Shown piece by piece: positions 39,230 to 47,890 of a stretch of DNA of 64,000 bases. Under the pieces are notes generated by a model. It saw nothing but the letters and a program-made list of their open reading frames with translations. It was not told the DNA's origin and made no database searches. The stretch spans positions 9,321 through 73,320 of the forward strand of contig CAYZJI010000012.1 of assembly GCA_964479045.1 (NCBI GenBank). The letters run 5' to 3'. The number at the start of each line of letters is the position of its first letter. The stretch's first letter is position 1. This DNA comes from an uncultured Enterobacteriaceae bacterium. Lineage in GTDB: Bacteria; Pseudomonadota; Gammaproteobacteria; Eutrophobiales; Eutrophobiaceae. Made by a program: the position numbers and the translations under genes.

Positions 39230-39258
39230 CAATAATATATTGCTGAAATAAATATAAA

Positions 39259-40620
39259 ATGAAACTGACATTTCTGGGTGCCGCGGAAACGGTGACTGGT
39301 TCACGTTTCCTGCTGGAAACGGCAAACAACAAACATCTGCTCATAGACTGCGGATTGTTTCAGGGGCTGAAAAAACTGAGGGATCTCAACTGGAAGGCAT
39401 TCCCGGTCAAGCCCGCCAGTATTGACGCCGTCGTTCTGACGCATGCGCATATTGATCATAGTGGTTACATACCACTGCTGTTTAAAAATGGATTCCGGGG
39501 CAAGGTGTATTGCACCCCGGCCACGCTGGATCTGTGCAGAATATTGCTGCCGGATTCCGGGCATCTGCATGAAGAAGAAGCAAAATATGCCAACCGGCAT
39601 GGTTTCAGCAAACATCATCCCGCATTGCCGTTGTATACGCGTGAAGATGCGGAGCGCTGCCTCAGCAGTTTTGAAACCATTCCGTACAAAATACAATTTA
39701 ATCCGGTGCCAGGTGTTAATGTGCAATTTATCTCATCAGGCCACATTCTGGGTGCAGCCTGTATACAACTTACAGCAGGTAATAAAACTGTCGTATTTTC
39801 CGGAGACGTGGGCCGGCCCGTCGATCCGGTGATGCACCCTCCAGAAATGATTGAACGGGCAGACTATCTGGTGGTTGAATCTACTTATGGTGATCGATTG
39901 CATCCAAAGCAGAGTCCAAAACATCTGTTGGAGCGTGCCATCAGTAATACCTTAAAAAAAGGCGGTACCGTGCTGATCCCGAGTTTTGCTGTTGGCCGGG
40001 CCCAAACCGTGTTGCATCTGATTACGGAATTGACCGCCGAAGGCAAGATTCCGAGAGTACCGGTCTATCTCGACAGTCCGATGGCAATCGATGCCACAGA
40101 AATTTTCTACCGTTATCATCAGGAACACCGGTTGTCTATGAGCGCCTGTAAAGCGATGGCCAAACGGGTCACCTGTACCCATACAGTAGAGGAATCCAAG
40201 GCCATCAGTATGCGCAATGGTCCAAAAATTATTATTTCTGCCAGCGGTATGTTGACCGGTGGCCGCATATTGCATCATCTGAAACTGTATCTGCAACATC
40301 GTAATAACTGTGTGATATTTGCCGGTTATCAGGCGGCTGGTACGCGCGGTGCAGCCATGCTGGCGGGTGCAGATACGATCAAGATTCATGGCCAGTACAT
40401 TCCGGTACGCGCCCGGACAGTATTTATCGATGGTTTGTCCGGGCATGCCGATTACAATGAGATGATTGCCTGGCTATCGGGCATTAAAATACCTCCGAAG
40501 CAAACCTTTATTGTGCACGGTGAGCCCCAGAGCCAGGATGCTTTCCGGCGGACAGTGCATGATCGACTGGGATGGGAGGTTATAATTCCGGGGTATGGAG
40601 ATACCTTTGAACTGAACTGA
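39259..40620 (+). CDS. Metallo-beta-lactamase / beta-CASP ribonuclease-like hydrolase
   Basis: GAAETVTGS, THAHIDHSG, SGHILG, FSGDVG, ESTYG and SGHAD motifs. Confidence 0.92.
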   Translation: MKLTFLGAAETVTGSRFLLETANNKHLLIDCGLFQGLKKLRDLNWKAFPVKPASIDAVVLTHAHIDHSGYIPLLFKNGFRGKVYCTPATLDLCRILLPDSGHLHEEEAKYANRHGFSKHHPALPLYTREDAERCLSSFETIPYKIQFNPVPGVNVQFISSGHILGAACIQLTAGNKTVVFSGDVGRPVDPVMHPPEMIERADYLVVESTYGDRLHPKQSPKHLLERAISNTLKKGGTVLIPSFAVGRAQTVLHLITELTAEGKIPRVPVYLDSPMAIDATEIFYRYHQEHRLSMSACKAMAKRVTCTHTVEESKAISMRNGPKIIISASGMLTGGRILHHLKLYLQHRNNCVIFAGYQAAGTRGAAMLAGADTIKIHGQYIPVRARTVFIDGLSGHADYNEMIAWLSGIKIPPKQTFIVHGEPQSQDAFRRTVHDRLGWEVIIPGYGDTFELN

Positions 40621-40722
40621 ATCGTTCAGAAAATCATGGTGTTGCTGGAATCCAGTGGTTATGAGGAATTAAACGGTCTGTGACCAGTCAAAGTCTTCAC
40701 GCTTGCATGAGAAATAACGCCC

Positions 40723-41352
40723 ATGACTGTCTATAAAATTTTCTATTTTCCGCTACTCCTGACAATAATCACGTTAATAACAGGCTGCGCTGCCAATCTA
40801 ACTCCCATTGAAGTTTCAGATCAGTTCTGGTCAGCAGTTAAAAGCAAGGACAACCGCAGCATCAAAAAATATATCGTTGCCGGAACCGGAAACCCTGATG
40901 ATTCTCTCGCCGATCTTCTGGACATTAAAAATTATACATTAGGGCGCACAGTCATGGATCAGAATCAGGCCTGGGTGGATACCACTGTCGAAATATCGGG
41001 GACCGACTCATTCGATGTTCCAATCAAGACAGTGTTATTACAGGAAAATAACCAGTGGAAAGTGGATTATGCGGCAACAGTCGCGCCAATATCCGGCAGC
41101 AGCGACATTGCCCGGGTACTGGGCAGTTTGAATGATCTCGGTATACAGTTTGCAGATAAATTAAATCATTCCCTGGGTGAGATGCAAAAGGCGCTGCCGG
41201 AAGTACAACGGGAAATTGAGAAGATTGAAGAAACCATGAAACAGAAGTTGCCTGAATTACAGCAGCGCATGGATGAACTGATGCAGCAACTTGAGGAAGC
41301 ATTAGGTAATCAACATCCGTCCCGACCCGTCCCTCGTTCCAGAGAAATCTGA
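40723..41352 (+). CDS. Hypothetical lipoprotein with coiled-coil C-terminus
   Basis: Lipobox LITGC; heptad-rich C-terminal half. Confidence 0.7.
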   Translation: MTVYKIFYFPLLLTIITLITGCAANLTPIEVSDQFWSAVKSKDNRSIKKYIVAGTGNPDDSLADLLDIKNYTLGRTVMDQNQAWVDTTVEISGTDSFDVPIKTVLLQENNQWKVDYAATVAPISGSSDIARVLGSLNDLGIQFADKLNHSLGEMQKALPEVQREIEKIEETMKQKLPELQQRMDELMQQLEEALGNQHPSRPVPRSREI

Positions 41353-41415
41353 TGGATTTTTCGGACCATCCTTATCCGGATTGACTTTAAGCCGGACTAG
41401 GCATTAAATGGAACC

Positions 41416-41991
41416 ATGGTTTATCCGGGGAGGGATAGCTCCATGCGCACACTTTTCATCCTGCTGTTTCTGTCAGCGATTTCATTTAATGTTCATGCAG
41501 TTGAACCTGTCGATGAACAGCAACTCATGCTCTATTATGAAATACCAATTGGTGCAGGCGATAAAAAACATGACAAGCACCAGTTTGGCTTGCGTCTGGA
41601 TAACACCAATCACGAGCCGGGCGCGGATGTGCATATCAATGAACTTTACAGAAAAAACGGTGCTCTTGATTTTCGCATGGGCTATGACGGTGTTGAATCA
41701 ATCAAGGTGCATGGAGTTGATTACACATCCTACCTGATTGCGAAAGCGGCAGCCGGAGAAGGAGAGGAAGCAGTTGAAGAGCCTGCTGTCGAAGAAGTTC
41801 CTGCGGAAGCGGCCCCTGCAGATACAGCGGCACCGGAAGCAGAGGCCGCACCGGCTGAAGCTGAAGCAGCAGATACTGCCCCTGCGGAGACAGCGCAGAC
41901 ACCTGCAGAAGATTCATTAAAAGATGTGCCCGTCGGGGTTTACCTGGGAGTTATCCTCGGTGTTTTGATATTTGCCGGAGCCGGTGGTTAG
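41416..41991 (+). CDS. Exported protein with Ala/Glu/Pro-rich linker and C-terminal TM anchor
   Basis: Signal peptide (NVHA/VE), low-complexity APADTA/AEAAP repeats, terminal hydrophobic helix. Start may be ATG 41443. Confidence 0.7.
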   Translation: MVYPGRDSSMRTLFILLFLSAISFNVHAVEPVDEQQLMLYYEIPIGAGDKKHDKHQFGLRLDNTNHEPGADVHINELYRKNGALDFRMGYDGVESIKVHGVDYTSYLIAKAAAGEGEEAVEEPAVEEVPAEAAPADTAAPEAEAAPAEAEAADTAPAETAQTPAEDSLKDVPVGVYLGVILGVLIFAGAGG

Positions 41992-42028
41992 GATTGAGCC
42001 TGTTCTGTTCAGGACCGGCCCACTGTTT

Positions 42029-42058
42029 TGCCTGACGTAATACTGCAGTTGTCAGGCA
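42029..42058. terminator. Inverted repeat between convergent genes
   Basis: TGCCTGAC-N14-GTCAGGCA. Confidence 0.35.
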
Positions 42059-42069
42059 CTTGCGGTCGG

Positions 42070-42330
42070 TCAGATTCCCATATTGCTCAACGTCACCATG
42101 ATGTCATTCATGATGGCGGTGGCGCGGGGATGTTCCGCCTCAAAGTGTTGAATCGATTCCCTGAGATTGTCGATTAACCCCTCGTTTTCATCTTCCGGAT
42201 TGTCAAGTTTGATTTCCAGTTCACTGATAAGCTGGTTCAGACGTGACCTTGATTCTGAATCATCAGAGGCCAGATGATTTATTTCATCACGCAGGCGTTC
42301 AAGAGAGTCTTGTAGTTTCTTTCTGTACAT
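42070..42330 (-). CDS. DUF4404-like small protein
   Basis: Ends FEAEHPRATAIMNDIMVTLSNMGI; start 42330, because the track start lies inside the tRNA. Confidence 0.85.
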   Translation of the reverse strand: MYRKKLQDSLERLRDEINHLASDDSESRSRLNQLISELEIKLDNPEDENEGLIDNLRESIQHFEAEHPRATAIMNDIMVTLSNMGI

Positions 42331-42355
42331 ACTGATTAAAGTTTTAGCACATATT

Positions 42356-42666
42356 TGGTGGGCCCGGTAGGACTTGAACCTACGACCCATGGATTCTCTT
42401 GTCCCAGCATTACTGATGGGGGAGGACTATCTCATCACCCTCAACCGGATTGTTAGGGCGCGGGACGCTCGTGCCTGTTATCAAGAACACTGAAGTTCTC
42501 AGGTAGTCTCTGCACCTTCCGGAAGTGTACTTCCGGCTTGGCTCAGGATTGCCATCAGTTATACTGATATGGTTTCCCTGAATTCATCCCGTTCATTTCA
42601 TATCTTTCGATATGAACGCACCTTCTTTGATGAGTCCACTGCTCTAACCAACTGAGCTACAGGCCC
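42356..42666 (-). tRNA. ileX: tRNA-Ile2 (CAT, lysidine type) interrupted by a group I intron; exon 1 = 42666-42630, exon 2 = 42395-42356
   Basis: Spliced GGGCCTGTAGCTCAGTTGGTTAGAGCAGTGGACTCAT|AATCCATGGGTCGTAGGTTCAAGTCCTACCGGGCCCACCA folds as a 77-nt cloverleaf; position after rpoD matches ileX synteny. Confidence 0.9.
42396..42629 (-). ncRNA. Group I self-splicing intron, 234 nt, no ORF (IC3-like)
   Basis: Inserted after the CAT anticodon; 5' exon ends in U, intron ends in G; P (AAUUCAGGGAA), Q (AAUCCUGAGCC), R (GUGCAGAGACUA) and S (GAUAGUCC) elements; P7 GACUA/UAGUC; P3 GGGAUG/CGUCCC. Confidence 0.93.
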
Positions 42667-42727
42667 AAATATTTTTTAAATTTTATCAGGTTTTAACACC
42701 ATGGTTACTAAATATTATTATATAATC

Positions 42728-42751
42728 AGATTATGAAAAATTTCATAATCT
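42728..42751. repeat. Perfect 10-4-10 inverted repeat upstream of the HNH gene
   Basis: AGATTATGAA-AAAT-TTCATAATCT, immediately after TATAAT (42721-42726) and before AAAGGA. Confidence 0.8.
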
Positions 42752-42766
42752 ATAAAGGAATATTGG

Positions 42767-43138
42767 ATGAAAAAATGTGTAAATTGCCAAAAAGGTCTCC
42801 GGGGAAGACAAACCAAATTTTGTTGTCGCAAATGCAAAAACATATACAACAATCTTAATTACCAATCGTATCTTGCACAGCAAAAACGCGGTAAGGATAG
42901 AAAGCTGGAGTTGATAAAACTCAAAGGCGGCAAGTGTGCACGATGTGGATACGATAAGAATTTTTCTGCATTGGAGTTTCATCATCCAGCGCCGAATGAA
43001 AAGGAATTTCAACTGGATTTGAGGTCGCTTTCCAATCGGAAATGGGACGTAATAATAAATGAAGCAAAGGAGTGCTTGTTACTTTGTTCAAATTGTCATG
43101 CTGAACTACATCATCCGGAATGCAGGTTAAGAGCATAA
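42767..43138 (+). CDS. Free-standing HNH endonuclease with N-terminal zinc-finger-like module
   Basis: CVNC..KFCCRKC N-terminus; CARCGY...ALEFHH...KECLLLCSNCHAELHH core; about 40% GC by hand count. Confidence 0.85.
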   Translation: MKKCVNCQKGLRGRQTKFCCRKCKNIYNNLNYQSYLAQQKRGKDRKLELIKLKGGKCARCGYDKNFSALEFHHPAPNEKEFQLDLRSLSNRKWDVIINEAKECLLLCSNCHAELHHPECRLRA

Positions 43139-43152
43139 CCTGCGTTTCTGAC

Positions 43153-43187
43153 AAACCTTCCTGGACTTAATCCAGGAAGGTTTTCAG
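43153..43187 (+). terminator. 13-bp perfect hairpin with the rpoD stop codon in the loop; likely terminator between HNH gene and rpoD
   Basis: AAACCTTCCTGGA-CTTAA-TCCAGGAAGGTTT followed by TCAGTT on the + strand. Confidence 0.65.
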
Positions 43188-45038
43188 TTGCTCGGAACGC
43201 GAGGGGTGACGCAGTTTGCGTAACGCTTTGGCTTCAATCTGACGAATACGCTCACGGGTCACATCAAACTGTTTGCCGACTTCTTCCAGAGTGTGATCGG
43301 TATTCATGTCGATACCGAAACGCATACGCAGCACTTTGGCTTCACGTGGAGTAAGGCCTTCCAGTGCTTCACGGGTGGTGCGACGCAGACCTTCAATCCC
43401 GGCCGAATCACTGGGCGCGAGTATGTTCAGGTCTTCAATGAAATCACCCAGATGTGAATCTTCATCATCACCAATCGGGGTTTCCATTGAGATCGGTTCT
43501 TTGGCGATCTTCAAGACCTTGCGGATCTTCTCCTCCGGCATTTCCATTTTTTCTGCCAGTTCTTCCGGTGTCGGTTCGCGGCCCTTTTCCTGCAGGATCT
43601 GGCGTGAGATACGATTGAGTTTGTTGATGGTCTCGATCATATGCACTGGTATACGTATGGTGCGGGCCTGATCGGCGATGGAACGCGTAATGGCCTGACG
43701 TATCCACCAGGTTGCGTAGGTTGAGAATTTATAACCGCGCCGGTATTCGAACTTGTCTACGGCTTTCATCAGGCCGATGTTTCCCTCCTGGATCAGATCA
43801 AGGAACAACAGACCGCGGTTGGTATATTTTTTGGCAATGGAGATCACCAGACGCAGATTGGCTTCCACCATTTCCTTCTTGGCGCGACGTGCTTTGGCTT
43901 CGCCGATGGAAATCCGGCGGTTGATTTCCTTGATGTCACTGATACTCAGGTCATCAACAAATTTTGCCGCCAGTGCTTCCTGGATGCGAATGATATCTTC
44001 CTGCAGTTCCTTGATGTTTTTTGCATAAGGTTTGCTGCGGGATTTGGCCAGAGTCTTGGTCCATTGCGTATTGATTTCATTCCCTGGGAACAGGGTTATG
44101 AATTCCTTGCGCGGCATTTTGCCCAGCTTGACACAAAGATTCATGATGTCGCGCTCGGCGCCACGAATCACCTCTATCAAGTGCCGCACGTTATTGGTCA
44201 GAATGTCAATAAACTTGGGGGCCAGCCGCAAACTCAGAAAAGTCTGGCAGAGTTCATTCTGCAGTTCCCGGGATTTTTTATGTGCGCGGCCATTGCGCTT
44301 GATGGCCCGTACCAGCTTGGTGTTGATTTTTTCAATGGCTTCGATGTGCGCACGAACTTCCTCCGGATCGAGCATGGCTTCCGGTTCTTCTTCACTCTCG
44401 CCGGATTCGTTTTCTTCGTCATCATCATTATCATTACCAGCACTTGTGGCCAGACGTGGCTCACCATCAGCATCTACCGGCATATGGCCGCTGTCCGGAT
44501 ATTCCTCGGTGTCATTGAAACCCAGAATGATGTCACTGAGCTTGATTTCTTCTCTGGCAATCGAATGATAGTTTTGCAGCAGGGTATCGATGGTGCCCGG
44601 ATAACAGGCGAGCGCTTCCAGTACCTGGTTGATGCCTTCCTCAATGCGCTTGGCAATCTTGATTTCGCCTTCACGGGTGAGCAGATCAACCGTGCCCATC
44701 TCGCGCATATACATGCGTACCGGATCAGTAGTGCGGCCAAATTCGCTTTCGACACTGGCCAGTGCTGCTGCCGCTTCAGCCGCTGCTTCTTCATCCGGAC
44801 CTTCAGTGCTGTCGGTCATGATGATTTCAAGATCGGGCGGGGATTCATACACAGTGATCCCCATGTCATTAATCATGTTAATGATGTCTTCGATCTGCTC
44901 TGGATCGACAATATCGTCCGGCAGATGGTCATTGACCTCGTGATAGGTCAGGAAGCCCTGCTCCTTACCTTTGGCGATCAGTACCTTCAGTTGCGACTGG
45001 TCGTCTTCTTGCTCAATCTGCTCAATATTATTTTCCAT
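43167..45038 (-). CDS. rpoD: RNA polymerase primary sigma factor
   Basis: Regions 1.1-4: [57 protein letters not shown]. Confidence 0.99.
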   Translation of the reverse strand: MENNIEQIEQEDDQSQLKVLIAKGKEQGFLTYHEVNDHLPDDIVDPEQIEDIINMINDMGITVYESPPDLEIIMTDSTEGPDEEAAAEAAAALASVESEFGRTTDPVRMYMREMGTVDLLTREGEIKIAKRIEEGINQVLEALACYPGTIDTLLQNYHSIAREEIKLSDIILGFNDTEEYPDSGHMPVDADGEPRLATSAGNDNDDDEENESGESEEEPEAMLDPEEVRAHIEAIEKINTKLVRAIKRNGRAHKKSRELQNELCQTFLSLRLAPKFIDILTNNVRHLIEVIRGAERDIMNLCVKLGKMPRKEFITLFPGNEINTQWTKTLAKSRSKPYAKNIKELQEDIIRIQEALAAKFVDDLSISDIKEINRRISIGEAKARRAKKEMVEANLRLVISIAKKYTNRGLLFLDLIQEGNIGLMKAVDKFEYRRGYKFSTYATWWIRQAITRSIADQARTIRIPVHMIETINKLNRISRQILQEKGREPTPEELAEKMEMPEEKIRKVLKIAKEPISMETPIGDDEDSHLGDFIEDLNILAPSDSAGIEGLRRTTREALEGLTPREAKVLRMRFGIDMNTDHTLEEVGKQFDVTRERIRQIEAKALRKLRHPSRSEQLKTFLD

Positions 45039-45186
45039 AGAGATTTACGAGTTGGCTCAGGAATTGCAATGTGTTAATGTAGTGTAAGTAGTTGATTAAT
45101 TTGGTAAAAAGTTACTGGCATAAACGTTCAAGTTTAGCACAGGAATTGCTGCACCGCCAGTTAGATTGCTTATAAAGCAGGAATGT

Positions 45187-46935
45187 TCAGGTGTCGGACA
45201 GTTTGCGAAGGTCGCTTGGGGTACTGAGGTTGTTAAGCAGCGAATCACGTTGTTTCTTCCGGTGGTCTCTTTCAATCTTTGAAATATAGTCCATAAATTG
45301 CTGTTTGATGGCCTTTTCTTCAAGGCCCGCTTCATCCGACAGCAACGGGTCTTCCATGGCGGCCAGTTCCCGCAGGCGCTGTTCAAAACGGGTTTCCCGC
45401 CAGTGTTCCAGTATGCCGGCGCAGGTCACTCCGGGATGTTGCTGGATGTAGTCCAGCAGTTCCCTGAGAAAATCCACGCCTTTTTCTACTATTCCGGCCA
45501 GCCGTTCAACAATCTGCTCGTCACGGCCCAGGTCCGGATGGTGCAGCAACAGACGTATGGCCTTGCTGACATGCGGAATGTGGATAGTATTACCCGGAGC
45601 TTTTTGCGGGTTGCGGGTTACTGCGGCGGCTCTTGTGGCGATTGGTGTGCCCGTGATTAAACCTTTCAATGATTCAAGCGGTATCCGGCTCAGAGCTGCG
45701 AGGTCACTCATTATCAATTCACGCAGCGCGCCCGCCGGGAGTCTGGACAAATAGGGCAGGGCCTTTTCCGCCAGTCTAGCCTGACCTTCACGGCTGTTCA
45801 TGTCTGTATTTTCTTTAAGATGATTTAACAGATAATCAGACAAGGGCATGTGGTTCACCGTATCATTGAATTGCTCCGGGCCATGCTTGCGTATGAATGT
45901 GTCCGGATCTTCACTCTCCGGCATGAACATGAAATACACCTGGCGGCCTTCGCGTAACAACGGTAAAGAAATTTCCAGTGCGCGCCATGCAGCTTTCTGG
46001 CCGGCGGTATCGCCGTCAAAACAGAACACGAGCTGCGGGCAGATTTTGAATAATCGATCCAGATGATCCGGCGTCACCGCCGTGCCCAGTGTGGCAACGG
46101 CATTGGCTACGCCATGCTGCGCCAGTGCCAGGACATCCATGTATCCTTCGACCACAAACACACGTTCCAGATCGCGCAACTTGCGTTTGGCCTGATACAG
46201 GCCATAGAGCTCGCGGCCTTTATGAAAAATCGGTGTTTCCGGCGAGTTCAGATATTTCGGTGTCCCATCACCCAGGACACGGCCGCCAATGCCGATGGCG
46301 CGGCCGCGCTGATCGCGGATGGGATAGATGATGCGATCACGGAAACGGTCGTAATAACCACCATTTTCTTTTTTGATGATCATGCCGATTTTGTCGAGCC
46401 GCAACAGTGCGGCATTGGACTGGCCCATGCTGGTGATCAATCCATCCCAGCCGGAGGGTGCAAAACCCAGTTCGAATTCCGCCGCAAGTTGCCCCGACAG
46501 TCCGCGGTTTTTCAGATACTCGACAGCCCGCGGCGCTTCCGGATGTTCGCGCAGTTGCCGGGCATAATGTTTGATGACCATCTCCATCAACTCATAGAGC
46601 TCAGTCAATCCGCTTTCTTTGGGACTGACACCCCCTTCGCGCGGCACCTCCAGACCCACGCGGCTCGCGAGATCTTCAATAGCGTCGACAAAATCCTTGC
46701 CGGTGTAATCCATTAAAAAGGAAATGGCCGTGCCGTTCGCACCACAGCCGAAGCAATGGTAGAACTGTTTTTCCTGGCTGACGGTGAACGACGGTGTTTT
46801 TTCCTCATGGAACGGACAGCGGGCCTGATGATTACGGCCGGCCTTGCGCAACGGCACATAGCTGTCGATGACATCGACAATGTCGATGCGGGTCAGGAGA
46901 TCATCAATAAATTGCTGGGGAATGCGGCCGGCCAT
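45187..46935 (-). CDS. dnaG: DNA primase
   Basis: CPFHEEKTPSF zinc finger, KYLNSPET and EGYMDV TOPRIM. Confidence 0.98.
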   Translation of the reverse strand: MAGRIPQQFIDDLLTRIDIVDVIDSYVPLRKAGRNHQARCPFHEEKTPSFTVSQEKQFYHCFGCGANGTAISFLMDYTGKDFVDAIEDLASRVGLEVPREGGVSPKESGLTELYELMEMVIKHYARQLREHPEAPRAVEYLKNRGLSGQLAAEFELGFAPSGWDGLITSMGQSNAALLRLDKIGMIIKKENGGYYDRFRDRIIYPIRDQRGRAIGIGGRVLGDGTPKYLNSPETPIFHKGRELYGLYQAKRKLRDLERVFVVEGYMDVLALAQHGVANAVATLGTAVTPDHLDRLFKICPQLVFCFDGDTAGQKAAWRALEISLPLLREGRQVYFMFMPESEDPDTFIRKHGPEQFNDTVNHMPLSDYLLNHLKENTDMNSREGQARLAEKALPYLSRLPAGALRELIMSDLAALSRIPLESLKGLITGTPIATRAAAVTRNPQKAPGNTIHIPHVSKAIRLLLHHPDLGRDEQIVERLAGIVEKGVDFLRELLDYIQQHPGVTCAGILEHWRETRFEQRLRELAAMEDPLLSDEAGLEEKAIKQQFMDYISKIERDHRKKQRDSLLNNLSTPSDLRKLSDT

Positions 46936-46969
46936 GGTGCCGACAGTATAACTTTGTGAAGGATGAATT

Positions 46970-47018
46970 GTGATTGGTGATTGATGATTAGTGACTGGTG
47001 ATTAGTGATTGGTGATTA
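46970..47018. repeat. Seven tandem heptamers GTGATT(G/A)
   Basis: gtgattg gtgattg atgatta gtgactg gtgatta gtgattg gtgatta; a degenerate inverted array lies at 47061-47089. Confidence 0.85.
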
Positions 47019-47085
47019 GTTTATCAATATCAAAGGGTTAGTCAGTAGCGAGAATAACTGCTAATCACTATTCACCAGACACCAA

Positions 47086-47532
47086 TCACTTCAGTGATTC
47101 TTTTACCAGACCGGAAATCTTGCTCATATCCGCACGGCCCTGCAGTTTGGGTTTGAGGATGGCCATGACCTTACCCATGTCCTGCATGCCCGATGCCCCG
47201 GATTCCTGTATGGCTTGTTGTATGAGTTGTTTGATTTCGTCTTGAGACAACTGTTGAGGCAGATATGACTGCACGGTTTCCAGTTCGCGGGTTTCCTTGG
47301 CAACGAGATCATCACGGCCGGCCTCTTTGAACTGCGTGATGGAATCCCGATGTTGCTTGGCCATTTTATCCAGCACGGCCAGCACCTGCGTATCGTCGAT
47401 ATCAACACCGCCATCCACTTCTTTTTGTTTAATGGCGGCCATGATGAAACGCAGGGTGGACAGACGCTCCTTGTCCTGATTGCGCATGGCCGTTTTTACG
47501 TCATCAGCGATACGTTCTTTGATCGCGGCCAT
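47086..47532 (-). CDS. GatB/YqeY domain protein
   Basis: RLSTLRFIMAAIKQKEVD, YLPQQLS and GMQDMGKVM; between rpsU and dnaG. Confidence 0.93.
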   Translation of the reverse strand: MAAIKERIADDVKTAMRNQDKERLSTLRFIMAAIKQKEVDGGVDIDDTQVLAVLDKMAKQHRDSITQFKEAGRDDLVAKETRELETVQSYLPQQLSQDEIKQLIQQAIQESGASGMQDMGKVMAILKPKLQGRADMSKISGLVKESLK

Positions 47533-47550
47533 GACGATTGAAAAGGTGAA

Positions 47551-47772
47551 TTAATAACGGCGGGCGGCGCGGCGGCTGCTGACCGTCTTGAACGATTTCT
47601 TCTGGTGGCGTTTGACGGCAGCAGCGGCTTTACGCTTTCTTACCTGGGTCGGTTTCTCGTAGAATTCACGCTTGTGAACTTCGGCGAGGATCCCGGCCTT
47701 TTCGCAGGCCCGCTTGAAGCGGCGCAATGCGATATCAAACGGCTCGTTCTCTCTGACTTTAACGGATGGCAT
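47551..47772 (-). CDS. rpsU: 30S ribosomal protein S21
   Basis: [27 protein letters not shown]; start 47772. Confidence 0.97.
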   Translation of the reverse strand: MPSVKVRENEPFDIALRRFKRACEKAGILAEVHKREFYEKPTQVRKRKAAAAVKRHQKKSFKTVSSRRAARRY

Positions 47773-47890
47773 ATCTCTCGAATTCCTTACAATACGGCCA
47801 CCGGGGTGGCGAAAAAGCGGTAATTCTAGTGTCTGTTGTGATAAATGCAATGTTTTCCTTACTGTAACTGGCTGGATTAGATAATAAATC

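Noticed and set aside
20300-40720. Metal-resistance cluster as a mobile island or transposon
   Set aside because: No integrase, transposase, tRNA anchor or convincing flanking repeats seen by eye; mobility unsupported.
42331-42390. N-terminal extension of the DUF4404-like ORF
   Set aside because: It is tRNA exon 2 and spacer read as codons; ATG 42330 fits better.
42356-42395. tRNA 3' half as a prophage or island att-site duplicate
   Set aside because: The matching 5' half is 234 nt away, the insert has group I core elements, and no integrase is present.
44064-45077. 337-aa + strand ORF (and other long ORFs opposite rpoD, dnaG, cusA, czcA, copA)
   Set aside because: Antisense shadows of well-conserved genes; no motifs, explained by codon bias.
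46970-47089. CRISPR array
   Set aside because: 7-nt units with no spacers and no cas genes.
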